From assembly GCA_051294375.1 (NCBI GenBank), contig CM119270.1:4344742-4408741 (forward strand): a DNA stretch of 64,000 bases, written 5' to 3'. Every line of letters starts with the position of its first letter. Positions within the stretch are counted from its first letter, which is position 1. The notes under the pieces are model-generated. The model was given only the letters and a program-made list of their open reading frames with translations. It searched no databases and was not told the origin of the DNA. Below, piece after piece: positions 51,691 through 64,000 of the stretch. The translations under genes were made by a program, and so were the position numbers. Origin of the DNA: Paraspadella gotoi (lineage: Eukaryota > Animalia > Chaetognatha).

Positions 51691-54600
51691 GAGCAAAAAA
51701 CAAAAACTCTGAGAAAGAAAGAAGAAAAAATGAGAAAAGGATTCGAGTGGGAATTCATTTTCTTATTTTTTCACGATGAAGTTGTTTAATTTAATTACGT
51801 TGGTTGTAATCTCGAAAGAAAACCAGATATAATAGATTCAATGTAAATTTTATATTTACAAAGTAAAACAAAAGATAGAAGACGATAACAATTTTATATT
51901 ATGCAAAGTAAGAGCAGAAAAACAAAAGCAATGGTTTGTTTTAATGCTCTTAATATTCTATATGTAAAGTAACTACATTCTAATTCTAATCTTCAATTTA
52001 CATAGTTCGACGAGAACCACAAGTTCGTCATGTTGTCATCAACAATGTAATAATAATAATAATATATCAATCAATAACATATCGTTAATAATAATATATT
52101 GAATAGTGTAATATAATTCGGAGTGTACATGAAAATTTTTCGAATAAAAAAAAAATCCACTTTAATAAATTTTCCCGAACTTTTATCGGGCTTTTTTTCG
52201 GTAAGAGTAACATCATATATCTATTGTTTGCCAGGTTCCTTATCCCTCTCTTCAATGTTTTTTTACGACTCACGAAACCAAGCGAGTTATTTTTTATTCA
52301 CAGCTTATTTTCCTCTCTTTGCACTTATTTTGAACACCTTTTATTTCTTCACTTGAATATTAAAAAATTGTTAGTATTTAATAACAGATTAAACATCGAA
52401 TTTCAGTATTTTCCATTCTGAACTAAAAGTTTCACTTTTTATCTTTCATTCAATACTACTTGATTGTAGGCGATTTGATATTCCCAGTACGTTTACCATT
52501 CAATAGTCCAATCTCTTATTTATTAAATTGCGCTCTAGTTTTAAATGAACATATTTTCTGTCCCTTATCTCAGAATCACACCTTGATTAAGTTGATACTC
52601 CCGAAACAAATTATTACTGTATTTCCTTTTTATGCTTTATTAGTCATCGGTAGAATGTAGATATGTTTGTAATCTATATGATTCTTATATTTTTGACCTG
52701 AGAAGATATCCTTGATTAGACATTCATATTAGCTTCTATCATAAATTGCCATGATTTGTCTTTTATTCCTTGTAATCTAAATAAGACTATCTGCGAATGT
52801 TATGAATTAACGCATGGTTTAACAGTATTTATCTATCGACTCATTCATTGAAGGCATCGGTAAACCTCTTTCTGGACTATACAAACGCCAAAGTTAAGGC
52901 TCATTCTACTTTCATTATATTTAATATACATTTTCTCTCTTTACGTATCATAAATAACAAAACTTTCAATTATTATGCAATATCTTTAATATCAGATTAA
53001 ACCCAACTTTTATGTGCTGAGGTAAGAAAATGATCAAGATTTTTTGGAAATACGTGTGAAAAATTATCAAGTGGTACTGCACTCTGTTTAACTATCATTT
53101 GATTTCTATTTACCTGTGACAAGATCTTAAATTTTGTTCTCATTTTGCCCGATACATAATATATTCTACTACGTTTTATTCTTTATGATGATTTTGATCC
53201 ATTATTTAATGAAAATTATAATTATTTTCATTTATTAGCTCTCTAACTTCATTGAATCCAAAACATTGTAATGATATATATTAACGCGTTACTATTTGTC
53301 TTGGAATGATTATTTTAGCACGCTTAGCTATATCTTAATATAATCATGGCTTCGTGAGACATGTTACTCCATGATTTCTTGTTCAAGACGAGAACATAAT
53401 TTATTTGCACCTTCACAATTGCGTTTGTCCATCCCTCCTAACATTTTTATCTCTCTTCTACTAATCGGCTCTCTTACTCTATACCAGCCCACGGTTAATG
53501 TCGTAATGAGTTTTTGCTCCTTGCGTAGTTATTGTTCCCCTTCTATTTCTTTTCTCTCATCTCTGTCTAAAACAGTATTTATTCATGTGGGTGATATTAC
53601 CCAGTTTGCTAAAATCACTCTACTCTCTCTTATAGCGAGCGTCATAACTAATATAAGTTCTGTTTTTAGTCTAAATGTCTTCTCTTCTCTTTTGGAACAA
53701 TGCTTCCTTTTCACTTATGAATTTAACTTCGGACTACATTTTGCGTCTTTATCGACCCTCACGATCTTGGTACCTAAAACATTCCACTTCTCTACTTCTC
53801 ATCGTGCCTTTCATTTTAGTTCTCAACATTTCATTGTATATCATGTCGTGCAGAGAACGCATGTTGTCTCATTTTTGCCCATATTATGGTTGTGTCTTGG
53901 GTGTTTGCCCTACCATTACATGGTTATAATTGCTCAATATGATCCTCAGGGTTAACACCATTAATTCTATTTCAGTTCTTTATAATCACTCAATAAAGTA
54001 GGAAATTGTGTTTATGTTTTTCTTACGACTTATTTACTTACTCGGTACCCTTAATCTCCGCAGATGATGCCTTTTAGCATAAGATTGCGCTTATGACATA
54101 TGTCTATCATCATAATTAATCTCTATTCGTCTTCTTGTTTCTCGGGTTCGCTCAGGGTGTGCTCTATAATCTATCTATAGTTCCCCTATTCTGTGGGCAG
54201 TTTATGTTGATGACTTTTGATATTCCAATTATACGAAAATTCCAAAATTTGGTCTCTTGGTTGCCATTTATAGTATCATTTATTGCTGCTTAGCCATTTT
54301 TTTACCATACCTTATTTCAGCTTTGCTTATCCTTCCAATCCCAATATCTCGTCTCTCACTTCACAGAGTGATCTCATGCATACACATACTCTCATCCATA
54401 TCTCTCTGCCTCCCTCATGATTTTACTCTTGTCATAAAAACTTATCAGTAAGTAGCCAATGCTCTTTAGGTCTTTCTGTTTTCATGCGAGTAGACAAACC
54501 TACCTCTAGACCAATACGCACAGTCTGATATATATATCATACATTCTCTGGGGCAAAACAAAAGGTGTGATATTGTACATCAATAACAAAAGAATCATCT

Positions 54601-55227
54601 CGTCAACTCAATTAAGGACAATATCATACATTCGATATAATAAATTAATATTGAGGCATTGAATATCTCGGGTTTTAATCACTTATTTTAAGGTGTAAGT
54701 GAAAAAGTGTCTTATCTGAGTCTCCGAGCTCTTCTCTACCTCGCTCTAAGTGCCAATTGTCCCTTAATTATCATCTATTCATTATTAACACCCTCAGTAA
54801 GAAGTTTTATTTGCGTCTTTGTTAACTACAAACATCCATGTATGTCATCTATACTTAACGTTACCGGAAGTGTGACATATCATTCATCTTCCTCTTTTAA
54901 AAAAAAAAGAGCAAAAAACAAAACTTGAGAAGAGAAAGAAAAAATGAGAAAAGGATTCGAGTGGGAATTCATTTCTTATTTTTTCACGATGAAGTTGTTT
55001 AAAATTAATTACGTTGGTTGTAATCGAAAAGAAAACCAGATATAATTAGATTCAATGTAAAATTTATATTTACAAAGTAAAACAAAGATAGAAGACGATA
55101 ACAATTTTATATTATGCAAAGTAAGCGAAACAAAATGGTTGTTGTTGGGCGGCATATTTATATGTACACAGTACAATTCTAACTTTCAACATAACGAGAA
55201 AAAGTTTTGGTCGGATCAACAGTCGTA

Positions 55228-55269
<42 letters not shown>

Positions 55270-55565
55270 AAGTGTAAAATTCTTCGATGAATCAAAAAAA
55301 AAAAAAATCCACTTTAATATTTTCTACTTTTATCCTTTTTTTTCTCGGAAGAGTAAATCATATTTTTTATTGCGTTTTAATGTTTTTTTTACGACTCGAA
55401 ACAAGCGAGTTATTTTTATAATTCACAGCTTATTTTCCTCTTTCACTTGATTTTGAACTTTTACTTCTTCACTTGAATATTAAAAAAAATGTAGTATTAA
55501 AAAAGATTAAAATGAAATTCATATTTCATGCTGAACAAAAAAGTTTCATTTACTTTCATTCATTT
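51681..55565 (+). repeat. Direct repeats ~51681-52470 and ~54899-55565 flanking ~2.4 kb of unrecognisable sequence
   Basis: Both begin aaaaaaaaaagagcaaaaaacaaaa...gaaaaggattcgagtgggaattc. Confidence 0.8.
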
Positions 55566-55692
55566 ACTTATTAGTAGAGAAAACAACAATGTAGATCTGG
55601 GCAAGTCGAGAAAAGTGACCAACAAGAAGAGAGAGAGAGAGAGAGAGAGAGAGAAGCAGAGAGAGAAGAGAGAAGAGAAAGAGAGAGAAGAG

Positions 55693-55729
<37 letters not shown>

Positions 55730-56407
55730 ACAAAAACGAATTAGTTAAAAAAACAGAAAGGGGAGAAAAAAAGGAAATGGGACTAATAAATTGATTGGTG
55801 GAAATTGATTCCTCTATGAAAACCAAAAAAGGCACAGTGTTTTTTGCTGTTTATACGTTGTTGGCACAGTGGTTGGGTGGAATTTGATAGGAGCGGTTTA
55901 ATTTTTATTAATAATTAAAAATTCCCACTCTGTCGGCGTCAGTCACCGTGGAAATCGTGAGGAGAAGGAAAGACCTCAAGGGGCGACCTTAATTCAACTT
56001 TTATTATTCATGAAAAAAAAACTTTGTCACTCAACTGACTGGGAGGGGGGAATCTGCGTTGGCTTCTTGTGGGCGTGGGCGGATTTAGTTGGCGTGGGAG
56101 TTTGCGTGTAAGTTAGCGTTTAAGTTTTTATGCGTCAGTTTGTTGATGCGTGGGTGTGTATCTAACATCTGTGTGTGGGTTTATTTTTTTACTTCTTTTG
56201 GAATCACAAGTGACAATTTTTTTTTCTCGCTGGAACGACTCGAAGCGGGGGCGTATTTTCCGGAAAAAGACAATTTTTCGATTTTGTTTCTCTCGCCCGA
56301 TAAAGAGGTTTCATATTTTATGATCGTAAATAGATATAACGCGGTCGGCGCTGAAAACAAAAGCCTTTAAAAATTAGCAACCGAGGAAAAAAAACTTATT
56401 AAAAGTA

Positions 56408-56490
56408 CACGGATAGTCCACGGATAGTCCACGGATAGTCCACGGATAGTCCACGGATAGTCCACGGATAGTCCACGGATAGTCCATAGT
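56408..56490. repeat. 11-bp tandem repeat (cacggatagtc) x7
   Basis: Directly visible. Confidence 0.95.
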
Positions 56491-56590
56491 CCTTGTTCCC
56501 CTATGCAGCAATTCGAATCACCGAATGATGCAGCAAATCCATTGCGTCCGCCCATTCCTTGATCCCCTCTCTTCTTTGCAGCAATTCGAA

Positions 56591-56804
56591 TCACCGAATG
56601 ATGCAGCAATCCATTGCTTCCGCCCATTCTCGGTTGATCAGCTTCGCCTCTTCGTAAACCTCAGCGAAAAACGGATGAGACGAATCCTTGAGTTTGTATC
56701 GAAACGCAAAACCGGGGACTTCGTCGACGACGGTGCAACGGACGAATCGACAGATGGCGCGCATCGTGTCGAAGTCGAGACTGTCGTCGGTTGATGCGTC
56801 GTTG

Positions 56805-56835
<31 letters not shown>

Positions 56836-58635
56836 TTATCTTCTTTACTATCTCTTCCTTCTCCTCCTGTTGTCCTTTTCTCTTCTCCTCTGTCCTCCCT
56901 TCTTCCTCCTCTTTCCTCATTTCTTCCTTTCCTTTTACTCATTTTCTTTTCTCCTCTGTCCCCCTTCTTCTTCTTCTTAGCTCCATTCTTCTCCTCTTCT
57001 CATTTCTTCTTTCCATTCTTCTCCTATTTATCGTTCTCTCTGTCTTTACCGTCTCTTCTTTCTCTTTCCTCTCCCCGACTTTCTTCTTTTCTTCTTACCT
57101 TTTCCTCCGACTTTCTCTTTTCTTCCTTTTCTTCTTCCTCCCATTTTCTTTTCTCTTTCCTCCCTTCTTCCTCCTCTCTCTTTTTCTCCTTTTCTTCTTT
57201 CCTCCCTTCTCCTCTTTCCTCTCTCCTCTCCCTAAACCACCATTCGTCCTTCAACATTCCCGCGATCACGTGATGATCCAATCCGTGCATGACCGACGCC
57301 TGAAACAGCGCCTCCGGATCCACGACGCCGCCGAACGACGCCGCGTGGACTTCGAAGCGCCGGAAAAAGACGCCGCGGGTTCTCAGCATAAAGTCGACGA
57401 AGGGCGAGTAAGGACGGAGTCGTGAGAGGGCTGCCTTGTGGCGCGGCACGCCGGCCTTCATGGCTCCGCGAAAGACGTCCTTGATGGTGCCGGAGAGGCC
57501 GGGCGGCGTCGGCAGCAAACCCGTCAGCCGCGCCGCGGAGACGATGATTGGGAAGAAGACGAAACCAAAGTAGTTGTACATCGTGGTGGAGACGAAGAGG
57601 CGGCGAAGGAAAGAGGAGGAGGAGGAGGAGGATGAGGAGGAGGAGGAGGATGAATCACAGTCGATATCACTCGCCCAATTGGCCATCGCGTGCACCTGCG
57701 GATGCGCATGCGCGAAGGAGACAAAGCAGACGACGACGAAGGCGGCTTCGGCCGAGAGATTTCGTCGCCCGAGCCGACACTCGACGAAGCGATGGCCCGA
57801 GGTGGCGGGTCGACCGTCGGCTTCGTGCGCCAATTCGATCGTCAGCGTCAAATCGTCGTGCAGGAGACGGAGGCCGCCAGGGGCGTTGGCGTCGTCGACG
57901 ATGTAGGGGGCGTCTCGTAAATCTAAGTCGACAAAGAGAGGAGCGTCAATTTTGGCGGGGTCGTCAAAATTTACGCCACTGTTGACGCGATTGGTGACGT
58001 CAACGTCACCGCGACGGAAGCGGTTGGCGTAGATGACGAACTCGGACGTGAGAACGTATTCGGAGAGAAGAGCCTCGTAACCACAGGGTGGCGTCGGTGG
58101 ACCTAGGATGGGTGTGGTTAAACTTAAAATTAAACTTACTGTTATATCAATTAAAAATTAATTTAATTGATTTAAATTTAACTTTTTTCTATTACAGCCT
58201 TTTTAATTTACACTATTTTTTTTTTAAATTCGATTTGATAAAAACACGATTTGTATAATTCTGGTCTAAAATTTCTGTATTTTTCCTTTTCTTTCTCTCT
58301 CTCTCTCTCTCACGCCACTCACCCGTGATCTTGTGAATCCAGCCTCTAATCTTCATCCTGATCGACCAACGAATCCAGGCGACGGTGGCCGTTATCCCGA
58401 GGAAGGTCCAACCCCAGAGGAAGTCGGGAAATTCTAGACGAACGTGGTCTATGTCTAGCGGAGACGCGTGGGCCAATGATGAGGAGGAGGAAGAGGAGGA
58501 GGAAGCACCAACTCCCTCTTCGCGTCGACTCGACGTCAGTGGACGCGTAACTGGATTGGACGGAGATTTCGGGTGACGTCGATGCAGACGGTCGCGGAAG
58601 TGGATCGTCCACAGGAAGAACAACCAGGAGACGTA

Positions 58636-58667
<32 letters not shown>

Positions 58668-58686
58668 CGACGGTTGTAAAAAACAT
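56591..58686 (-). CDS. Uncharacterised membrane-anchored protein with His motifs. Exon 58686-58323, exon 58102 to ~57235, C-terminal segment ~56850-56591
   Basis: ATG plus hydrophobic N-terminus; phase-1 intron (G|GTGAGT at 58322, TAG| at 58103) joins in frame; globular sequence with FAHAHPQVHAMANW, TTMYNYFG, SPFVDFMLRTR, EALFQASVMHGLDHH; C-terminal ...HPFFAEVYEEAKLINREWAEAMDCCIIR*. The join across the purine-rich 57235-56850 block is unresolved. Confidence 0.75.
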
Positions 58687-60639
58687 TATCTGTTGGTAAC
58701 GGGTTTGTTTGTTTTAATTGATCGTTGTTCTTGTCGAAAATTAATTAATTATTTGTTGGTATTTTTTTTCTTATAAAAAGTTCTTTCGAGTTTTTTTACT
58801 TTTGATCTTTGCTAAAAAACCCGCAGCGTAATCCGCAGGAGCTGCGGTCGTTCGCGCTGCTTTTGTTCGGGCGAGGATCGGCGAGGCTGCTGCGTTCTTA
58901 GACAAATTGGAGAGCAGACAAAAAAAAACAACTGACAGGTCTCGGTTAAGACCTTAAACTAATTGGAACAATAAATATATCGGGCAGTCGTCCGGTCAAG
59001 GGATCAATTGAGGGATTGATTAGAATCGCATCAGAAAGTTCGCTCGCTCGAGGATCTCTGTTATATCCGGGAAGGTAAAGAGTTACTACGTATTCGAATT
59101 ACATCCGGAAGTGAGATTGTTAGCGTATTCGAATTACATACGGATCACTCTTTTCATTCGCTCTCTTTGCGTCGTCCGAAATACATTTTGCGCGGGAAAA
59201 AGGAAGAAAAGAAAAAACACAAGGAAAGCGATTAAGGGAGAAATGACGACTCTGTTAGTGGCACTTAGTGTCAGGAAAGAGAGAAAAGGAAAGGAAGAAA
59301 GTAGGAGTGAAGAGATGATTGTAGAAGATCAAATAGGGGGGGGGACGGCTAGAATAGAGAGCGAAGAGGAGGGGGTGAAGATAAGATTGTATAATAAATG
59401 AAATCTCAAATATCATATTGAAAGAAGAAAATCTCCTAACGTGAATTGATTGACAAAAAAAAGTCGAAGTGGGTACTGGGTAGACGACTAGCGAGGCTGT
59501 CCACCTTACTATGGCTTATGTGAGAGGGGAGACCGGGTGTGTACAGATTTTCATGTTGAATAATTTGCTAAGTCTCGGAAAGGAGGTGCAGAATTTCTTG
59601 CTAATCCGTTTTAAGTGGTCGGTTGATGTAATTTCAGAGGATTTATAATGAAAAATTTGGTTGAAATGAAAGAAAGAGGAGAGGAAAAGTGCTAGAGAGT
59701 CGGAGAGGGAGAGAAGGCGAAAAAACATCCCATAATCGAGTAAAATATATATATATTGACACAATGAAAATGGCCGTAACGTTACTGTTATTTAATAGTA
59801 GACAGGGATTTTAATGAAATTGCAAAGTGCGAGTTAATTCATCAGCAAACATCAGACCATGAAGACCGGCTGTCATATTTGGACCAGGAATGAATCCAAA
59901 GCAGAAACAGAGGCCTATTTATAATGGGCGCAAACAGTGAGACGAGCGATTCTCGTTCCGGAATCTCTATATAACCTCTTCGGAACTCTTTCATTTTCTC
60001 TCCGGAACTACTTGTTTCCTTTATGGATTTGGTTCCTACAATCCCGTTCGAAATCATTCCCAGAATTTCTTCCTCTTCCGGCATCTCTTCTTATTTTCCT
60101 CTGTCTTCCGGTTTCCATTACATCTGTGATGCGTCCCCCCCTCTCTGCGACGACGCACGGTGGCTCAGTCGGTAGTCGGAGCTTAGTCAGGGGATGAGAT
60201 TTAGTTTTGAAAAAACTTTTTTGGCTGAGTTTTGAAAAAAACTTTTTGGTGAATGTTTTTGGCACACGGATCTTTTTAGATATAGTTTTGCAATTATTTT
60301 CTCTCTCTTTTTCTTTGGGACAGAGAGAGAAGTGGAGAGAGAGATTGTCTCTCGCGAGTGGGCGATTTTCTGATGAATCGATTTTCAATTTTTTTTTTTT
60401 TTTATTTTTTTTTCTTTACGATTGGGTTGCCTGTATTTATCTACATTGTTTATTTACATTGTGTTGACGGTACTGTTTTGTTCTGCCGAATTTTTGTGTT
60501 TTTAATTTCTCAGACTGCATGAAGCTTTGGCCGTCGTCTATGGTTCTCAGGTTCTGGCCGGCAATCGAGACGGAACATAGTGAATTCCCAGCTCGCTGGT
60601 ACGACTTTGTGTGGGCCACGAGTAAATCGTTGGAACTTA

Positions 60640-63136
60640 TGTTCTCCGGTCGTTGAAGGGTTCCAGGCCATGGTGAGCGTCACGTCGAGTGAGGACGAGG
60701 TCTCCGATCTTGAATCTCGGTCGGTCGTCTGTAATCGGGTTTCCTCTTGATCGATTGCTTATACAGCTTGGTTCCTTGTGGTTCCAGTTTTGCTTGGGCC
60801 TGTTGCCTGTCTGTCGGCCCTTTTCGGATGAAGTCAAATCAGATTTCTTTTGGTTGAGAAGTCATCAAGCAGGCTTCAACAATGCCTTGGTCTGTGTCCA
60901 AATTGAATCTCATGCGGTGAACATCTCCGTTTTCCAACCCCGATGAATCGGGGTGGCGTTTAGGAAGCAGCATCAGGTGGGAAGCTGTTCAGCCATTTTC
61001 TTGGCTGATACTTCGTACAGACTTTGCGGAAGGGCTTGGCTGTATTCTGGCCGGATATCTCTGCTCGCTCTATTTACTATTCTTTTCTTTCCAACCAAGA
61101 ACTCTCCTTCCCACTGTGTCGAGCAGATCCTAGATATGGAGTTCATTGCTCTTCCATCAGTGGAGGTTGGCGCCATCAAAGTTGACTTCCATATAAGAAT
61201 CATGTTGGAGAAAAAAACTTTTGTCTAGGCTTTTACTATCGTCTTCTGCGCCTGCGCGCGGCGTAATGGGATGGCCCAGGTGTATGCGGACGCGTTGTCT
61301 GATGCGACCGAGGGCAGTATTTGAAGCCGGGCGGATCTGAGGAAGACTGATTACGGTCAATGAGTTAGTGACTCCCAAGGAGTGATGCCTAGGTTGGGAG
61401 CAGGGAATGCGTTTCATTGTTTCTCTGTGTCGTCATGTGGATTTTTGCAACCAATTGTCGCAATTTCTAACGGCAACCTTGCATGTTTGCTGCTGCAGGG
61501 TTGTAGATCCTGGGTGCTGTTGATGTATTGGGGCGCTATGATGCTGGGCGGGTGAGCCGGAAAGCCTCCCGACGCGAGTCGTTGGATCGTACAGCACCAG
61601 ATAACGTCCGGGTTCCGTAGTGTTTGATGTAGTTTGATCACTATTCCTCGGCTTTTGTTCAGGAGGAGATGAACAAATTTGGTTGTCTGGGTTTGTCAGC
61701 CCTGTAACCGGGGTCGAAGTACAAAGGATCCCCGTTTCCCCGTCACATTGAGATCGGGAAAGGACGTTTGGACCCGAGGATATTCTTCTGTCAAAGTTTT
61801 TCTTTTTTGCATTTTATCATTTAGAAATTTTTCTGCTGTCTTCTCGGTCATACTTGTTGTAAGGTGCTTATAACGTGTTTTTAAACAGCCTCGTCTCTTT
61901 GGTTGCCATTCTTTTACTTTGACTTGGCCATTGGCATTATTTTAGCTTCTCTGTGTGGAGGTGTTTTGCTGCTCGCTCTGCTACTCGTCTGCTCCGAGAG
62001 GTGTCGAACATCTGTCCTCGAGGGTGCTGTCGATCATCCAATTCACTGTCTGCTCCAGGCCAGGTTTGATTGGAATCGTTTCACTGAGGTTGTGCTTTGT
62101 TTGGCAAGAGGTGGCGGCGGTGGCGCTTAGCGGAGGTTGAGTGGTACCGTTTACAGTGGCATTTGTAATAGGACCAGGGTCCTCGGTAGGAGCTTCCCAG
62201 TGATGGCTGGTGGCGCTTTTGGTTTCCTGGGCCGTCATCTAATTTCTGTTTTTCTGATTTTCGCCGACAGTTGATAGTTTGGATCGGATCACAAGTTCGC
62301 GGGGCGGAAGTGGTTGCTTTTGGCTATCAATTCACAGACGAGACTGTACTTGGCCTGTGATTTGTTTCTGAAAATCTTATTCGCTCTGTCGTAGGTCAGT
62401 CGGTCCATAAACTCCTTTTCAAATTTGCAGCAGCTTCACGACGCTGAAGTTCCTCCTCCATGCATGACGATTGTTATGCCTGTCATCTCAACTTCCAGCA
62501 GTCTCCAGACTCGGGATGGCCCAGACCTCCAGTCTTTCGCGATATTGTCTGATGAAAGGTGTCCCATGTCGTCTTTCGTCCTTGGTTTCACCCATAGATA
62601 GTTTATTCACCCATTGGTTTTATTGACGCAAAAATCTTTGTCGTACCGAATTCAAAGAATTATTAGTCCTGAAGAATTTGGTTTTTTCCTCTTCCAGCAT
62701 TTGCGCAATTCAGCGCGCCAAGGTGGAGTGGACATGTCCTGTTACTAGATCCAGGATGCTACTGGTGCACATGAAAACTTGTAGCAGGGTTTTCGGCAAA
62801 GCCCGGCTCGGTACTCGCCATCAAAGCCGTCAACCGGCTAGGGAAACAAACGGGGTGTCCATAGGAGGTGTGACTTGACCTGTTGCGGTGAAGCGTGCTT
62901 AGAAAATTGTGCAGGATTGTCTTCACTTTCACTAGTACCAGACTTCTTGTTGCACTGGCATTACCTGTCGGATTTCCGTTACCAGTGCACACCGATCTGA
63001 GGACGTTCGTCGGTAGATCTGGTTTTGTCGATCGTGTTGGAGTCATACACCCTTTTAAAGTACGAAGAATCGCGTTACAAGGTTACTGCTCCCTGCGCAC
63101 GTGAGTAGGCCGTTTTGAAATTGCCACGAACCATCA
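60640..63136 (-). mobile_element. Degenerate retroelement-like fragment with a gag-like region and a retroviral-type integrase
   Basis: Integrase-like SDNASAY (61302-61282), LNATPIHRVG..SPHEIQFG (~60963-60897), RFKIGDLVL (~60715); gag-like NSVRQRFLRQ and FIRQYRERLEVW (~62650-62520); many stops and frameshifts. Confidence 0.55.
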
Positions 63137-64000
63137 TGTATACGCAAAAGAGTCTCCAAAGAGACGTTGAATATGTTTTATCCTAATAATTCCTCGGGGA
63201 GGATTTGGAGTGAAAAGATACGGATATTCGACGCCCCGTTGGCTGTGGCTGTGATCAGCCCTCCCATTTGCGCTTCGTAACTGGGCCGTCACGGGGTAAA
63301 TTCTGTAAGATCCGTTCTGATTCTGGCGTCCGTTCAGAAAGTTTAATCCTAGGAACATGCCTTTGATTTCGTCAAACGAGGGTTTGGAGCATTTCGATGT
63401 TGTTTATTCGGAAAGCTTAAAGTACTTTCTTGTCAGTAGGCGTCAGGGCATGGCAGAGGNNNNNNNNNNNNNNNNNNNNNNNNNTATATATATATATATA
63501 GCGCCGCATTAATTTTCTTAAATATATACATTTTCAGATGATTAAATGACTGTTTAAGTACATCATGCATCTTATGATACATCACCTCACTACCAAGTAA
63601 TAAGTAAAATGATTTAGTGTTTCCTAAGTTTGATAGACCAAACGACAGACAGACCAACATAACTAACTAACTTTGCAAGAGAATGAGAGAGAGAGAGAGA
63701 GAGTTTGTTGGTGGGCGTTCTCCTCGCGATTCAATTTCCTCGTGAAGAAACAAGATTTGGTTGCCATGGCGATCAAATCACAACCGCGGACACCAAATTC
63801 TTTTTCTTTGTTCTCTTCTACCTTAGCTTACCTTACCTTTAAAGAATTTAAGACGCCTCATTTCTTATTTTCTATATACCTAGTTTATTTTCACAATAAA
63901 GTTTAAAAAATGCTAAAGACCAAAAAAATTTGTTTGATTGATACATAAAAATTACAAAATTTTGTTTCCGACTATATTATTAATTAGACTTTATTTTTTT

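Noticed and set aside
53371-53955. 194-aa hydrophobic ORF
   Set aside because: No motif or splice support; lies in T-rich, apparently low-quality sequence between duplicated blocks.

Overview
Eukaryotic DNA, most likely from an invertebrate animal: AT-rich, GT-AG introns, many (AG)n/(GAC)n microsatellites, N-gaps and indel-rich duplicated blocks typical of a draft long-read assembly. Most ORF-track entries are microsatellite artefacts. Manual splicing recovers four host genes the ORF track misses: (1) a minus-strand Cys/Trp-repeat plus Thr-rich protein running off the left edge; (2) a complete 4-exon, 143-aa secreted precursor with an (RPFTF)n Pro/Arg-rich C-terminus ending in Gly, resembling a proline-rich antimicrobial peptide precursor; (3) a plus-strand, highly divergent Rab/Ras-like protein with a downstream transmembrane helix; (4) a minus-strand membrane-anchored protein with His motifs, possibly a non-heme-metal enzyme. 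Mobile DNA comprises two related Ty3/Gypsy elements (one full length with LTRs, PBS and PPT), a 3.57-kb CAC...GTG element with asymmetric RSS-like ends inserted at the gag/pol junction of the first Gypsy copy, a degenerate gag+integrase element, two tRNA-derived SINE-like sequences and an inverted repeat with ~1.6-kb arms. All assignments are by eye, with no database searches.
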